Shown piece by piece: positions 22,791 to 34,552 of a stretch of 64,000 nt of DNA (within the stretch, counting starts at the first letter, position 1; each line of letters begins with the position of its first letter). The notes below the pieces were generated by a model. That model saw nothing but the letters and a program-made list of their open reading frames with translations, was not told where the DNA came from and did no database searches. This stretch comes from Callorhinchus milii (lineage: Eukaryota): assembly GCF_018977255.1 (NCBI RefSeq), contig NW_024704743.1, positions 10,418,001 through 10,482,000 on the forward strand, written 5' to 3'. Both the position numbers and the translations under genes were made by a program.

Positions 22791-23984
22791 ATTGGATTGT
22801 AACCTGAATTTCATATAGTGCACTTCATACAGCATAACATGTTAAAGCACTTCACAGTGGCAGGAATGAATGCCAAGCAATGTTGAAGATTCCATGTCAC
22901 TATTTGAAAAGAGAAATACCTTGTGCTGGCCACAATCGTTCCGATTAATTGACATTAACTTCATGGATGTGTGCAAATAGGCTGCAGCTTTTGACTACAA
23001 ATAATCAGTCACTACACTTAACCATTACTTTAGAAATGTTTTGACATTTATGGGTACCATATCAAATACAAGTATAATTATTATTATTTTAGTGAACTGA
23101 CACTTGAGACAAGTGGTTTCAAATTTTGCAAGGCCAGAAAATTTAAACCAATTGAGCAACAGACAATGATTCAGAGCAAGGCCTCTTCATAAGCTTTCTG
23201 TACAAGGAGAAAGTGAAAACAGTTCAATCTTTTATGAAGTGCCAGTAAACATAAACTGCAGAAACAGCTATAGAAAATCTATTTCTAAATGATGGCATGT
23301 AAATCATTCTGCAGAATATTTGGCTAACACTTCTGAAAGAGATCATGATGCCACATGCCTGACATCAAATATACAGTAAGCTTCTTTCCTGCTTCTAACA
23401 GGAATACCTATTACAAAAAAGTAATGAATGCTCAGAACAATAGAAAGGTTGCAGGAACTGAGATTAGGATTAGGCAACTTTAAGGGGCAAACACTGACTT
23501 GACACCGTTTTGCCCACAAAATACACAGTCAATTTTCTTTACAATATATTCTATGAACCTCTTTGAGACATCTCAATGACGTGATAAGGCGCTATATCAA
23601 ATGCAAGGATTATTATTATTATGAAAAAATGGACCATATTCACTGAATGACTGTTTGTGAGATACACTTCCCGATGTAAAAGGTATGCCAAATCTAAGGT
23701 AAATTGGTCACTCAATCCACGATTGTTTGTGGGACACTGGCTGCCATGTTTCGCCCACAAAATATACAGTCAATTCACTTTACAGCATATTCTCGAAGAC
23801 GTCATAAGGCCCAATATCAAATGGAAGGACACAAAGCACAAATTGTGCTCATTCAAATTATTAATTGCTTCCACATGATGGCCATGTTCTTTTCAGGTCT
23901 TGAACCCTGACTCTCTTGTTCTCCAACAAAATACATAGTCACTACACTCTGCAGTAAATCCCCTGAGAAGTATTCATAAAGAAG

Positions 23985-25450
23985 TAAATAGTTTGCAGAA
24001 TGGGCAGACAGTTGGTAAATGGAGTTTAATGTAGGAAAATCCAAAGTAATTCAATTTGGCAAGAAAAGTAAAGAAGTGGTCTATAGTCGGAGGTAGGCAA
24101 CTATGAGGAGCAAAGAGATCTGAGGGTTCAGATCCACAAATCTCTAAAAATAGCTACACAGGTAACCATAAAAGAAAGGTCTATGGGGTATTGGGTTTTA
24201 TATCCTGAAGGATAGAATAGAAAAGTGAAGAGGTGATGTTGAATACAGATGAAACCTTGATTAAACCACAGTTGGAGTATATTGTGTCCATTTCTAGTTA
24301 CTATAAGAAGGGTATAGCAGCAGTGGAAAGAGTGCACCATAGGTTTGTCCTATTCGACCCTCAGCTATGCTTCAATCCCCACATTTGTGCCGTGACCCTT
24401 TCCGCCTTTTCCCACATCCACAACATAGCCCGCCTCCTCCACTACCTCTCACCACAGGCTGTCGAGATCCTGATCCACGCTTTCATCACATCCTGGCTTG
24501 ACTACGCCAACTGCCTACTCACTGGACTTCCCAACTGTTCCCTCCAAAAGCTGCAGATGATTGAGAACTCTGCAGCTGTGTCCTCTCCCGCACCAGGCTC
24601 CAGGTCTCCAGATCACTCCCATCCTTTCCGGCTTGACTGCCACCCCTCAGAGAATCGAGTTCAAAACCCTCGTTTTCATCTTCAAAGTCCTCCACGGTCT
24701 TTCTCCACCCCTAACTCTGCGACCCCCTAAACCCATATCAGCCTATCCTCTTCTTCCATTCGGCGGACACTGGCCTGCTCTAGGTCCCCCAAACTTCCCA
24801 CCCCATCATTGATGGTCAGGCGTTCAGCAGTTCTCCCCACACTCTAGAACTCTATCCCATCTAAAACCTTCCTCTTCAATCGTGCCTTTGGCCTCCCTGC
24901 CCTCCACCCGTCCTGACTCCAACTCCCAGCTCGGGTCCAAAACCCCTGATTGTCCAGTGCCCTGGGATGTCTTTCCAACATGAAGGGCACTATACAAGTG
25001 TAATTTGTTGTTGTTCACAAGGATTTTACCAGGATGGTAGGTTATTGCTATCAAGATAGACTGGATAGGCTAGGCGTTTTTCGCTACAGAAGATACGTTT
25101 AAGCAGGGATCTGACAGAAGTATTTCAAATTATAAAAGGGTTCAATAAGATTAACATAAACAGGCTGTTTCCATTGGTTAGAGAGTCCGTTACCAGGTGA
25201 CGTAAATATAAGATAGTGAATAAGGGATCTAAATGAGAATTTAGGAGGAACTACTTCACATAGAGGATAGTAAGATGGCGGAACTTGCTGCGTGAAGTGG
25301 TTGTTTAATCAGATAGTGTAGATGCATTCAAGGGGAAGCCAGACCTTCATATGAAGGAAAGTTGAATAGAATGGTATGGGGGGAGTAAAGAATGGTTAAA
25401 GGCTCATGTGGAGTATAAACACTTTGGCCTGTTTCCATGCTATTTCTTTG
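23985..25450 (+). mobile_element. CR1 3' region interrupted by an L2 (24343-25014)
   Basis: gaatgggcagacagttggtaaatggagtttaatg (WAD.W.MEFN); KPQLEYIV; resumes ttcacaaggattttaccagg; ends ggcctgtttccatgct. Confidence 0.85.
24343..25014 (+). mobile_element. L2 family A 3' fragment nested in CR1
   Basis: VLFDPQLCF..HAFITSWLDYANCLLTGLP; tail tgaagggcactatacaagtgtaat(ttg)n. Confidence 0.9.
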
Positions 25451-25459
25451 TAATCTTAG

Positions 25460-26085
25460 CATATGTTATGTTATGTAATTAAAACAGGCCGTTTTACCCA
25501 ATGAGTCTGTGCCAGGGTTTATACTCCACATGTGCTCCTTACCCTTCCTAGTCCCTTCACCTGTACCCTTTTATACCCTTCTCCTTTATGCATGCATCAT
25601 ATTTTCTCTTAAATACAATGAAGCTTCTTATTTCAACCACAGCTTACAGCACTGAGTTCCACATTCTCACCATTTTGTGCATAATGGAGTTCCCCCTAAC
25701 CTCCGTATAAGATACGCTATTGGCTATCTTCTATTTATGCCCTCTAGTGTTGGACTCACCAACAAGTGGAAATAGCCTATCATTATTCATCTTATCCAAT
25801 CCTTTCATAATTTTAAAGCGATACGGCACAGAAACAGGCCGTTAGCCCAACTAGTCTGTCCTATTGTTTATATTCTACATGAGTGGGTCCCCTCCACATC
25901 AGGTCCCCTCTCTTAACTCTAGTTAACTTTCCTACAAAAATACAGTCAATTCACTTTGCAATATATTCTGTGAAGTGTTTTGAAACGCCTTGAAGACGTG
26001 AAAAGGTGCTGTATCAACTGCAAGGATTATTAGCAGTAGTAAGAAAAGTTGCAACCTATCCAACCTTTCTTGATAGCTGTATCTT
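25460..26085 (-). mobile_element. CR1 3' region in opposite orientation, with a nested CR1 tail (about 25820-25890) and SINE tail (about 25925-26035)
   Basis: aaacaggccg..gtttatactccacatg is the reverse complement of 25410-25435; gagttccacattctcacc; cctttcataattttaaa. Confidence 0.8.
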
Positions 26086-27199
26086 TACATTTGGTTTAGT
26101 GCCTTTCACATCAGGAGGATGTCTCAAAGCGCATCACAGGATATACTGTTAAGTGTAGTGACTGTGTTTATTGTAGGCGAACGCCGTATCAAATTTGCAC
26201 ATTCACTCATCCCTGGTAACATCCTTGCAAATCTTTGACAACCTTGTAAATCTACACTTTGAGTCACCCTCTTGCTGTGAAAGGCACTATATCAAAATGC
26301 AAGGATTGGTTATTATAAATATTGGCACATCACCAAGCCCTAAAGAAAAGAAAGCTTCAGTCTGTTCTTGTTCAATGAAATTAAATCTACAAGATTTCTA
26401 GCACTGATCCATGCTCATCCTGTAAAATGTGAGTCCTTCTCAATGCATGGTTTGCATTAGAGATGTTAGAAATTAGCGGTCTAAAATTACCTTACCGCCT
26501 TGCTTGTTTTAGCAACAATGTTCACATTTTACTGGCAGTAAAAAAGTCTGTCACTGAGTAATCCTTCCTGAGCTCTTTATACATTGCTTGGCATATTAGG
26601 AAGCAGCCATGTATTACCATATTAGTTAATACATTCATTAGACAACAGCTGGCCAGCCTTGTTAAAATACAGCACTGCACAATGAGTTCATTGTAACTTC
26701 TTGATATGGTTGTGAAGGGATGTGATACGGCAGTCAAAAAATGTACTGACATCAAGAAATATCTACTAAAAAAGGGAACTGCTTAGCACACAGCTTTGTT
26801 CTTGTGTGGCTTTTTTACAGAACTAATTTGAAAGTATAAGAGGAATCTGTACTTCGTATGCTTTTGGGGATGGTGGAAAATTTGCCAGAACAAGGCAAAT
26901 TCTAGAATTTGCTGGGGGATTTTAATGTTTTTCTAAAAACATAATATAACAAAACAACATCAGATCGCATTATTCAGTGACCTTCACTCGGGTCTCAGAG
27001 CATGTATTAAAATCATATATAATAATAATCCTTGTATCAGTCTGGTGCACTCTCGCCTCTGAGTCAGACTGTTGTGGGTTCAAGCCCCACTATGGGACTT
27101 GGAATCAGGTAATCTAAGCTGTCACTTAAACCGTATTTTAAAGCCAGCTTGGAAAAAGATAAACACATGGAAATTACTTCTTTGGCACGAGGCAATTCC

Positions 27200-27295
27200 T
27201 TCTGTTTCCTCTATCCATAGATGCTGCCTAACCTGCTGAGTGCACCCAGCTAATTCTGTTTTTATTTCAGATTTCCAGCATTTGCAGATTTAGCC
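27200..27295 (+). mobile_element. Fragment resembling a chondrichthyan Penelope-like terminal repeat
   Basis: ccatagatgctgcctaacctgctgagt..ttctgtttttatttcagatttccagcatttgcag; recognised from memory of shark repeats, not verified. Confidence 0.45.
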
Positions 27296-27714
27296 CTTGT
27301 CCCCCACTTTTTTCAGTGTGTATATAATTACATTTTAAAATGGTTGGGTTAGATTCCTTTGCAACTGTATCAAGGAGTTACAATGTGCACATTGTGCATA
27401 GTACTTCAACAAGGCTGAAGTTTTGAATGTACTGTATTAAGCAACACAGTAATATGAGCTGGTCACCATGAAGGGTTCCTGTGTCTGATATTCTTAATGA
27501 AAGTAAAGATGTTTGTAAACAGGTAGGCTTTTCTTTCGGTCAATTGGTTGTCTGATACATGCAGAAACTTATTGACATGTTGAAGAAATATCCAAACCTT
27601 ACTGAAAGTTCCTCATATGCATGCCACCCACACATAGAAATTCACTAATTCTCTATAGAATGTGGACCCTTTCCCCCGAGGGACCCACTTTGCTTACCTA
27701 ATTCCGGAAAGTAT

Positions 27715-27815
27715 TAGGTGCAGGTTGGCAAGAATCAAGACTTGGGGATCCCAGAGTATGCGTTGGGGCGCTGCCTGAAAATATTCCCACTTCCTGCTAG
27801 GACTACGCTACTCGG
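27715..27815 (+). repeat. Unclassified interspersed repeat, copy 2
   Basis: ggcaagaatcaag..ggggatc and gctaggac.ac.cta shared with 50210-50355. Confidence 0.6.
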
Positions 27816-28359
27816 GTAAGTTTTCAGGTGGGATTTTAAGGTAGAAAGAGAGGGCCGAGGTGTAGGGATTGAGACAAGGAGTTCCATAGATTAGGGGTGC
27901 CGAATACATGGATCAGTGTTTCGTATAAAATCAGACCATTGTATATCCATTGGTCTGGGGTCATGTAAAACTTCATGGCTTCAGGCTTTATCTCCAATCG
28001 CTTACATCGGCACAAGTAAGACTTAGTTATGGTTACCTCTCATTAGCATCATTTGATTTTGCAGAAGGGGATAAATTGCTGAAATTAAGAGCAGATGCTG
28101 GGTAATTGGCCACAACATAAATGAGTCCTCCACTCAGAGTCACAAACAAACCTTGATCAGATCAAAGCTTTACCTGCTTGCTGGACCTCAGATAAATTTC
28201 CATGATCACCCTGGAGGCAAAACAATATGTGCTGCTCTAGAGGGTTTTCTGCTGCTACTGGCTCTTCTATGGCAATAGTATCTGCCTGACCAATTTAGCA
28301 TGTTGTGGTTAGCTCCAGCATAATAATAACAACAATAATAATAAATAATACTAATAAAC

Positions 28360-28570
28360 ATAATTCCTATAATCATTGGTGCAACTGGGACTGTTAATAA
28401 GACTATTCAGAAATGGCTTGATAAAATACCTGGTAAATAAAATATTAACCTCTTACAAAAAGTAGTTATTTTAGGAAGCTCAAACATATTAAGAAAAGTA
28501 AAGTGGCAGTTTTATTAGTCTGGCTGACCCATCACTGAAAACCATCTAGAAACAATCTCTTAAACGGCAA
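28360..28570 (+). mobile_element. 3' end of an RLE-type non-LTR retrotransposon (R4/Dong/Rex6-like) in a (TAA)n tract
   Basis: Frame from 28360: IIPIIIGATGTVNKTIQKWLDKIPGK*NINLLQKVVILGSSNILRKV, typical of the RLE C-terminus (P.V.GA.G....LQK...LG...ILR.V); TAA repeats at 28321-28359 and 28569-28600. Confidence 0.8.
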
Positions 28571-28698
28571 TAACATAATAATAATTAATAATAATAATAA
28601 TGCTTACATTTGGTATGCAACCTTTCATGTTGGGAGGAAATCTCAAAGTACAAGGAAACAGCGTAAAGTGCAGTGACTGTTTTGTGGGAGAACACAAA

Positions 28699-29070
28699 GT
28701 GGAGTCCTGTAGCTTAGTGGTTAGAGCGCTCACCTCACAAACGAGAGGACCTGGGTTTGATTCCCAGCAGGGAAAATGTTGGGCATGTTTCCTTACTCCA
28801 CATGCCTCTGTTTACCTACCAGTAAGTAGGAATCTGTTTGTTAGTCGATTGGTGGATCCTTTTCCGGGAGTAATAATCCCTTAAAAAAAAATAATAATTT
28901 GGTCACTCAATCCACGACTGTTTGTGGGACACTGTGTGCGCAATTGGCTGCCGCGTTTTGCCCACAAAATACACAGTCAATTTACTTTACAATAAATTCT
29001 GTGAAGCACTTTGAGATATCTTGAAGATGTGAAAATGCGCTATATCAATTGCAAGGATTATTATTATTAA
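28699..29070 (+). mobile_element. Full-length intermediate SINE (long form)
   Basis: gtggagtcctgtagcttagtggttagagc head; extra segment gcctctgtttacctaccagtaagtagg..; Deu/L2 tail. Confidence 0.93.
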
Positions 29071-29217
29071 TTACCGACTGTAACAAATTATCAGAAAGGG
29101 TGGTTGAGGCCAGGAGACTGGACTCATTTAAAAAGCAAGATTGATGCTGTGATGGTAAGACAGTAGGGTAGGTGTTCTGGAAAGATGAGATCAAATGGGC
29201 TGAAAGGCCTTCTTCCT

Positions 29218-29546
29218 AATAAATAATAATAATAATAATAATCCTTGCATTTGATATAGCGCTTTTCACGTCGGGAGGACGTCCCAAAGCACTTCACAGA
29301 ACACACCGTAAAGTGAATTGACTGTATATTTGTGGGCGAACGCGGCAGCCAATTGCGCACAGCAATGTCCCACAAACAGTCGTAGATTGAAAATGACCAA
29401 TTTATTATTGTTTTTGTTTTGGAGGGATTATTATTAGGCGTGTGGAGTAAGGAAACTTGCCCAAGGTTTCGCCCTGTGCCTGGAATTGAACTCAGGTCTC
29501 TCACTTGCAAAGCAAGTGCTCTAACCACTGAGCTACAGGACTCCAC
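29218..29546 (-). mobile_element. Young full-length SINE
   Basis: Near-identical to 17700-18030. Confidence 0.95.
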
Positions 29547-29549
29547 AAA

Positions 29550-29690
29550 AGACAGACATACAGACATACACAAACAGACAGACAAACAGAGACAGCCAGA
29601 CACACACACACACACACACAGACAGACAGACAGACAGACACAGTCAGACACACACACACACACACACGCACACAAACACACAAACACACT
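29550..29690. repeat. Compound (CA)n/(GACA)n microsatellite
   Basis: cacacacaca..gacagacagacagaca. Confidence 0.95.
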
Positions 29691-30947
29691 GGCCGCTTAT
29701 CTATACGAGGAAGCAGTTTGCTGGAGGTTTCAGTTACGTTTATGGCATCAACGCCAAGGGCTGAAGGAGGTGATGAGGAGCATCTTCTACTCAGTCAGAT
29801 ATGAGGTTGCTTCACTACGGGTTCGAGAATACACTGTAAAGTGGATCGACCATACGTTTTATGCTCGAAAGAGTGAGGGAGTGGGACTGGATGGGCCGCC
29901 CTGTCACACAGCCAGGCCAGGCCCAGGCACGATGGGCTGAATAGCCTCTTCATGTGCTGCAGCTTGTGCACTGCTCTGGCCGTGGTCCTGGCCCTGGCTC
30001 TGGAACTGCTCCTGGCCGGTACAGGCTCACACATTGATGGTCCTAATAATCCTTGCATTGGAAATAGCAGTTTAGCACATCATTGAGTCTTCTCAAAGTA
30101 TTTCACAAGATAGACTGTGTACTATGTTGGTCCATCCAAATCAATCTTGTTTATGATCTTGTGATGGTTGGCTGGTTTATCTCAATTACTTCCCATGGGG
30201 CTGTTTGGAAAGTACCTTTGCACAGAGCTTGATGCTGGTGAAACCTTGAATATTTTAGTTGAGTTCAGTCGGTGTGCAGTAAAACTGGTGCAGCAAAGCA
30301 TGCCAGTGAGTCTACTGGCTCCTTGAGCCCAGTCATTCTGACAGAGTCTGAAGGGAGATGGAGTGGGATTGCTCCACTCTCTCGGCCAGCCTAGTTAGAT
30401 CATGGTGGTTATAATGAGGTGTGACAATTAATTTCACTGTACATATGCAGACTATCCAGTTCTCTCCCTGTGCACCTTGGCCACTTCATGGGCTAAAGAA
30501 GTGGCAACAGAACCATACAAATTTATAGCACAGAAGAAGGCCATTCAGCCCATTGTATATGTGCTGGCTCTTTTAAGCAGAAATCCTTTCACCTGCCTTT
30601 TCCCCAAATTCCTGTAATCTACTGAGGCCACTGCCACCAAACAAGCTGTGCACTGAAAGCAAGCGGGACAACTGTGCATGGAATGGGGTCCACAGTGCAA
30701 TGGTGATATAATAATAATAATAAATGCGGCAGCCAATTGCGCACACTAGTATCCCACAAACAGTACCCCAACTCTATCAACTAAAGGGTGATTGTAGCAG
30801 TGTAATGTGAGGTGGAGTTTTTAAGCATGAACATAGGTCAATTTCACTTCTAAATGCTAGCGGGAAAGAGGCAATTCACAAAACTCTGGACTTTCAACTG
30901 CAAATCTTTCCTTAAAACATTATTAAAATAATTTGCGGTTTGGTGCT

Positions 30948-30967
30948 GAGGCCACAAGGTGGCAGCA
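30948..30967 (+). promoter_or_regulatory. Strong CTCF-like motif
   Basis: gaggccacaaggtggcagca, with tgcggtt upstream; motif match only. Confidence 0.45.
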
Positions 30968-31164
30968 TTATAGCTATAATGGCATTGCTTGAATGACCTA
31001 CAGTCAAACAGACTAGGGTACGAGTTCGCAAGAGACGTTTGGAAAAAACAAGCACTTCAGCCCATTTGATTTCACACTTTCAGAATACCCACCCTATCAT
31101 CCCATCAAAGCATTTTGTGTGTGTGGCTTCAATCACCTTCCTTGTAATCCATTCCAGTTATTAA

Positions 31165-31470
31165 TTCTAATAATAATAATGATCCTTGCATTTTGATATA
31201 GCACCTTATCACATTATCAAGATGACTCATAGGATTTTAGCATTTCACAGGATTTTACTGTAATGATTGCACTTATAGGTGAATGCTGCAGTGAATTTGC
31301 ATACAGCAATGTCCCACAAACAGCCATTAGGTGAGTGACTACTTTTATTTGGGGGATTATTAGCCAGGACACTGGAAGAAAGTCCCGTCTCTTTTTGAAT
31401 AGTGCCATGGGATCTTTAACATCCAACTGAACAGGCAGACAAGGCCTCGATTTAACATCTTATCAGAAGG
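31165..31470 (-). mobile_element. Old tRNA-Deu SINE (3' two-thirds)
   Basis: aataatgatccttgcatt tail; aatagtgccatgggatctttaacatcc..gaacaggcagacaaggcctcgatttaacatc. Confidence 0.85.
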
Positions 31471-31849
31471 ATGAGAGGTCTAATAGTTCAACAGAATCCC
31501 CATGCCCACCCACCCACTCCATCACCACTCCCAGCACTTAATTTGAGTGTCTCTGGGTCAAACATACTTTCTGGTGTCTGTCCTGAAATTGCCCTTTACA
31601 ACCGTAAATCCAAGTCCTCTTTTCAGTTGTCCTGGTCGAAAAATATTTTGTAGCAATTGAAAAATAGTGTCCTTGCCACTAAATTGGCATATAAAAGAGA
31701 AGTGAAACATAGGCCAGCAGACAATTGAAGGGCCACACCAAGGCACGAACGAGACCAGTGCGGACACGGAAAATGCTGCTTTAAACAAAATACAGTGTCA
31801 GTGTTAATGTTCATATATAAATATCTCATCTGAAAATGATATTACAGGT

Positions 31850-32220
31850 TAAGCCTAGAAACTTGATTTTGATATAATGTTGAAATATCTCAAAGTGTTT
31901 CACAGTAAGTGTAGACACTTTGTAGCTGTAGGCAAATGTGGCAGCCAATTTGCACACAGCAATATCCCACAAATAGGGAGAAGGTAAATAACCAGTTGAG
32001 GTGAAGGATTGTTGTCCAGGACACCAGGAAAAACTCCATTTTCTTTTTAAATAGGGTTGTGGGTTCTTTAACAGCCACCCAAACAGGCAGACAAGAACTT
32101 GGTTTAATGTCTCATGCAAAGACAACATCTTTGAAAGTGCAGCACACCCCCAGCACTGCACTGGAGAGCCAGCCTGACCTTTGAGCTCAAAGTCCCAGTG
32201 TCGGGCTTGAACCCACAAAG
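31850..32220 (-). mobile_element. Old tRNA-Deu SINE
   Basis: gtggcagccaatttgcacacagcaat..cccagcactgcactggag..gggcttgaacccaca. Confidence 0.82.
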
Positions 32221-32737
32221 CTATTGAGTTTAATTGCTAAATGTTGATCAAGTTCAATCCATGGCCAGCAAAGATTTTTTAAAAAATTCTGTTTGATTTA
32301 AAATAGAAATCTTTTAATCATCTTTCTAATGAATAATTCCATTGTGAAGTAGCAGCACATAAAATATTACTATTTTTGGTGGTCAGTATATGATAGCACC
32401 CTCCCTAGTTATTCACAAAGGAAGACGTCATGTGGATTCAGTCAATATCATAAAAACATGTTTTGAGAAGTGTCAATGAAAAGTGCAGAGATGTCATCTA
32501 TGAGTGAAATCTTCCCAGTCCTGCACTAGCAATTGATATATGACCTGTAACAACGTATCCCTTGACCCCAGTGACTGCACAGACTCTGATGCAGCTGTCT
32601 TCCTCTTCCTCTAACACAGTAGGTGAAAACTGGGCAGTATTTAATTTTAAAAAGCAAGTTCAAAGCTTTCTCAAATTTCTTTTAAAAAAATTGGCCAACA
32701 GCCCATGTGATTGAAGTAGCAGATCGCCTAAAAAAAA

Positions 32738-33100
32738 ATAATAATCCTTGCTTTTGATTTCACGTCAGGAGGACGTCTCAAAGCACTTCACTGTAAAATA
32801 CAGTGACTGTATTTTTTAGGCGAAATGTGGCAGCCAATTTGTGCACAGTAGTGTCCCAGAAACAGCGATGAAGTGAATGACCAATTTTTATTTGGGAGAT
32901 TGTTGTGCAGGATACCAAGAGAAACTCCCTTCTGTTTTCAATAATGCCATGGGTTCCTTACGTCCACCTGAACAGCACATTGAGACATCCTCCTGATGTG
33001 AAAGGTGCTATACAAACATAATTTGTTGCAGTCATGAACAGGAAAACAGGAACTTAGTTTAACAATTCATCAAAAGGACAGCGCCTCCAACAATGATGCA
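32738..33100 (-). mobile_element. Old SINE with a short plus-strand L2 tail (about 32980-33028) inserted
   Basis: Tail at 32738; gccatgggttccttacgtccacctgaacag; insert ttgagacatcctcctgatgtgaaaggtgctatacaaac..ttgttg. Confidence 0.8.
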
Positions 33101-33147
33101 TGATGATGTACTTTTACAAAATGCAATTAATATACAAGACTTTCATG

Positions 33148-34260
33148 TGTCTCATGTGGTGTCCCTCAGGGCTCTGTCCTTGGTCCCCTCCTCTTCACCC
33201 TCTATATGCTCCCCCTCGGTGACATCATCCGCAGACATGGAGTTAACTTCCACATGTATGCGGATGACACCCAACTCTACCTTTCCTCCTCTACCCTCAA
33301 CTCCACGACCACCGATGTCCTGACAGCCTGCCTGTCCGACATCGAGTCCTGGACGAGAGACAACTTTCTTCAGCTCAACGTGCGAAAAACCGAGGCCCTC
33401 CTGATTGGCTCACGTCAGCGCCTCCGCACCTCAGGCGCTGACACCATCAGCATCCAAGGCTGCACTCTCCACCTCTCAAAGCCAGTCAGGAACCTCGGCG
33501 TTTTGTTCGACCCTGAGCTGTCCTTTCTCCCTCACATCCGCACCACAACTGGCACCGCCTTCCATCACCTCCGGAACATCGCCAGACTACGGCACTACCT
33601 CACCCCTCACGCTGCTGAAACCCTGGTTCACGCCTTTGTCACCTCAAGGCTGGACTATGGGAACTCTCTCCTCGCCGGCCTTCCCGGCACCTCCCTCCAC
33701 AAGCTGCAGGTCATTCAGAACTCTGCAGCTCGTGTACTGTCCCGCACCAGGCTTCGGGACCACATCACTCCCACCCTCGCTCGCCTCCACTGGCTCCCCA
33801 TCCCCCAGAGGATTGATTTCAAGATCCTCATCCTCACCTACAAGGCCATTCACGGCCTTGCTCCCTCCTACCTCTCCAACCTACTATCCCCCTACCTACC
33901 TGCCCGTACCCTCCGTTCCTCTGGCTCCGGTCTGCTCCACGTCCCCCGCCCCAACCGCCCTACCATCGGTGGTCGGGCCTTCAGCCTCTCAGCCCCCAGG
34001 CTCTGGAACTCCATCCCCCAGTGCCTTCGCCTTGCTTCCTCCCTTTCCTCCTTCAAGGCCGGTCTCAAAACCTTTCTCTTTGACCGTGCCTTCAGCTCCC
34101 CTCTCGACTCTCTTCCCCCTCCTCGCTCCCTCCCTTCCCTCCCCTCACCCTGACCATTTCCCCCCTGCTCGGGTCATGACCCAACTGTGCAGCGCCTTGG
34201 GACGTCCTCCTGACGTGAAAGGCGCTTTATAAATGGAATCTTGTTGTTGTTGTTGTTGTT
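33148..34260 (+). mobile_element. Young 5'-truncated L2 family A LINE with an intact RT C-terminal ORF (33206-34153)
   Basis: 315-aa open frame with [32 protein letters not shown]; tail gcgccttgggacgtcctcctgacgtgaaaggcgctttataaatggaatc(ttg)n; tttcat at 33141-33146 and 34259-34264 is a probable TSD. Confidence 0.97.
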
Positions 34261-34552
34261 TCATACGCTTAATTATTGGAAAATGCTATTTTGGGAGCAA
34301 AGGGAAATTGCAGATGATATTGAGCCTTTAAGTGGTCCCAGAAGAGAATTAATGAGAGCATTAAGCTGATGATCTGAAAAGAAAATAAGTAAGAACTTCC
34401 AAACTTATGCAGGACAGTTTAATGCAACAGATTATGTGTTATTACTGTATTTCATAGATTTAAATATATATGAGGTAAATGAACAGGTTTAAAATAATAA
34501 AATAATAATCTTTGCATTGAATATATGTCTCATCAAGTCAAAATGTCTCAAC

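Noticed and set aside
29690..29880. CpG-rich, oddly diverged CR1/SINE-like sequence suggesting hyper-editing
   Set aside because: Directly follows a long microsatellite and the changes are mixed; low-quality consensus or old decay is more likely
29952..30087. Signal-peptide-like frame MCCSLCTALAVVLALALELLLAG
   Set aside because: The ATG lies in a CR1 tail, the hydrophobic run comes from a ctggcc-type hexamer repeat, the donor is weak and the frame runs into a SINE tail
31685..31700. TATA box (catataaaag)
   Set aside because: No CpG island, initiator context or downstream exon; expected by chance in AT-rich DNA
33405..34232. 275-aa and 287-aa (11557-12420) Ser/Pro-rich overlapping ORFs
   Set aside because: Alternative frame of the C-rich L2 sequence; openness in two near-identical copies is not independent evidence
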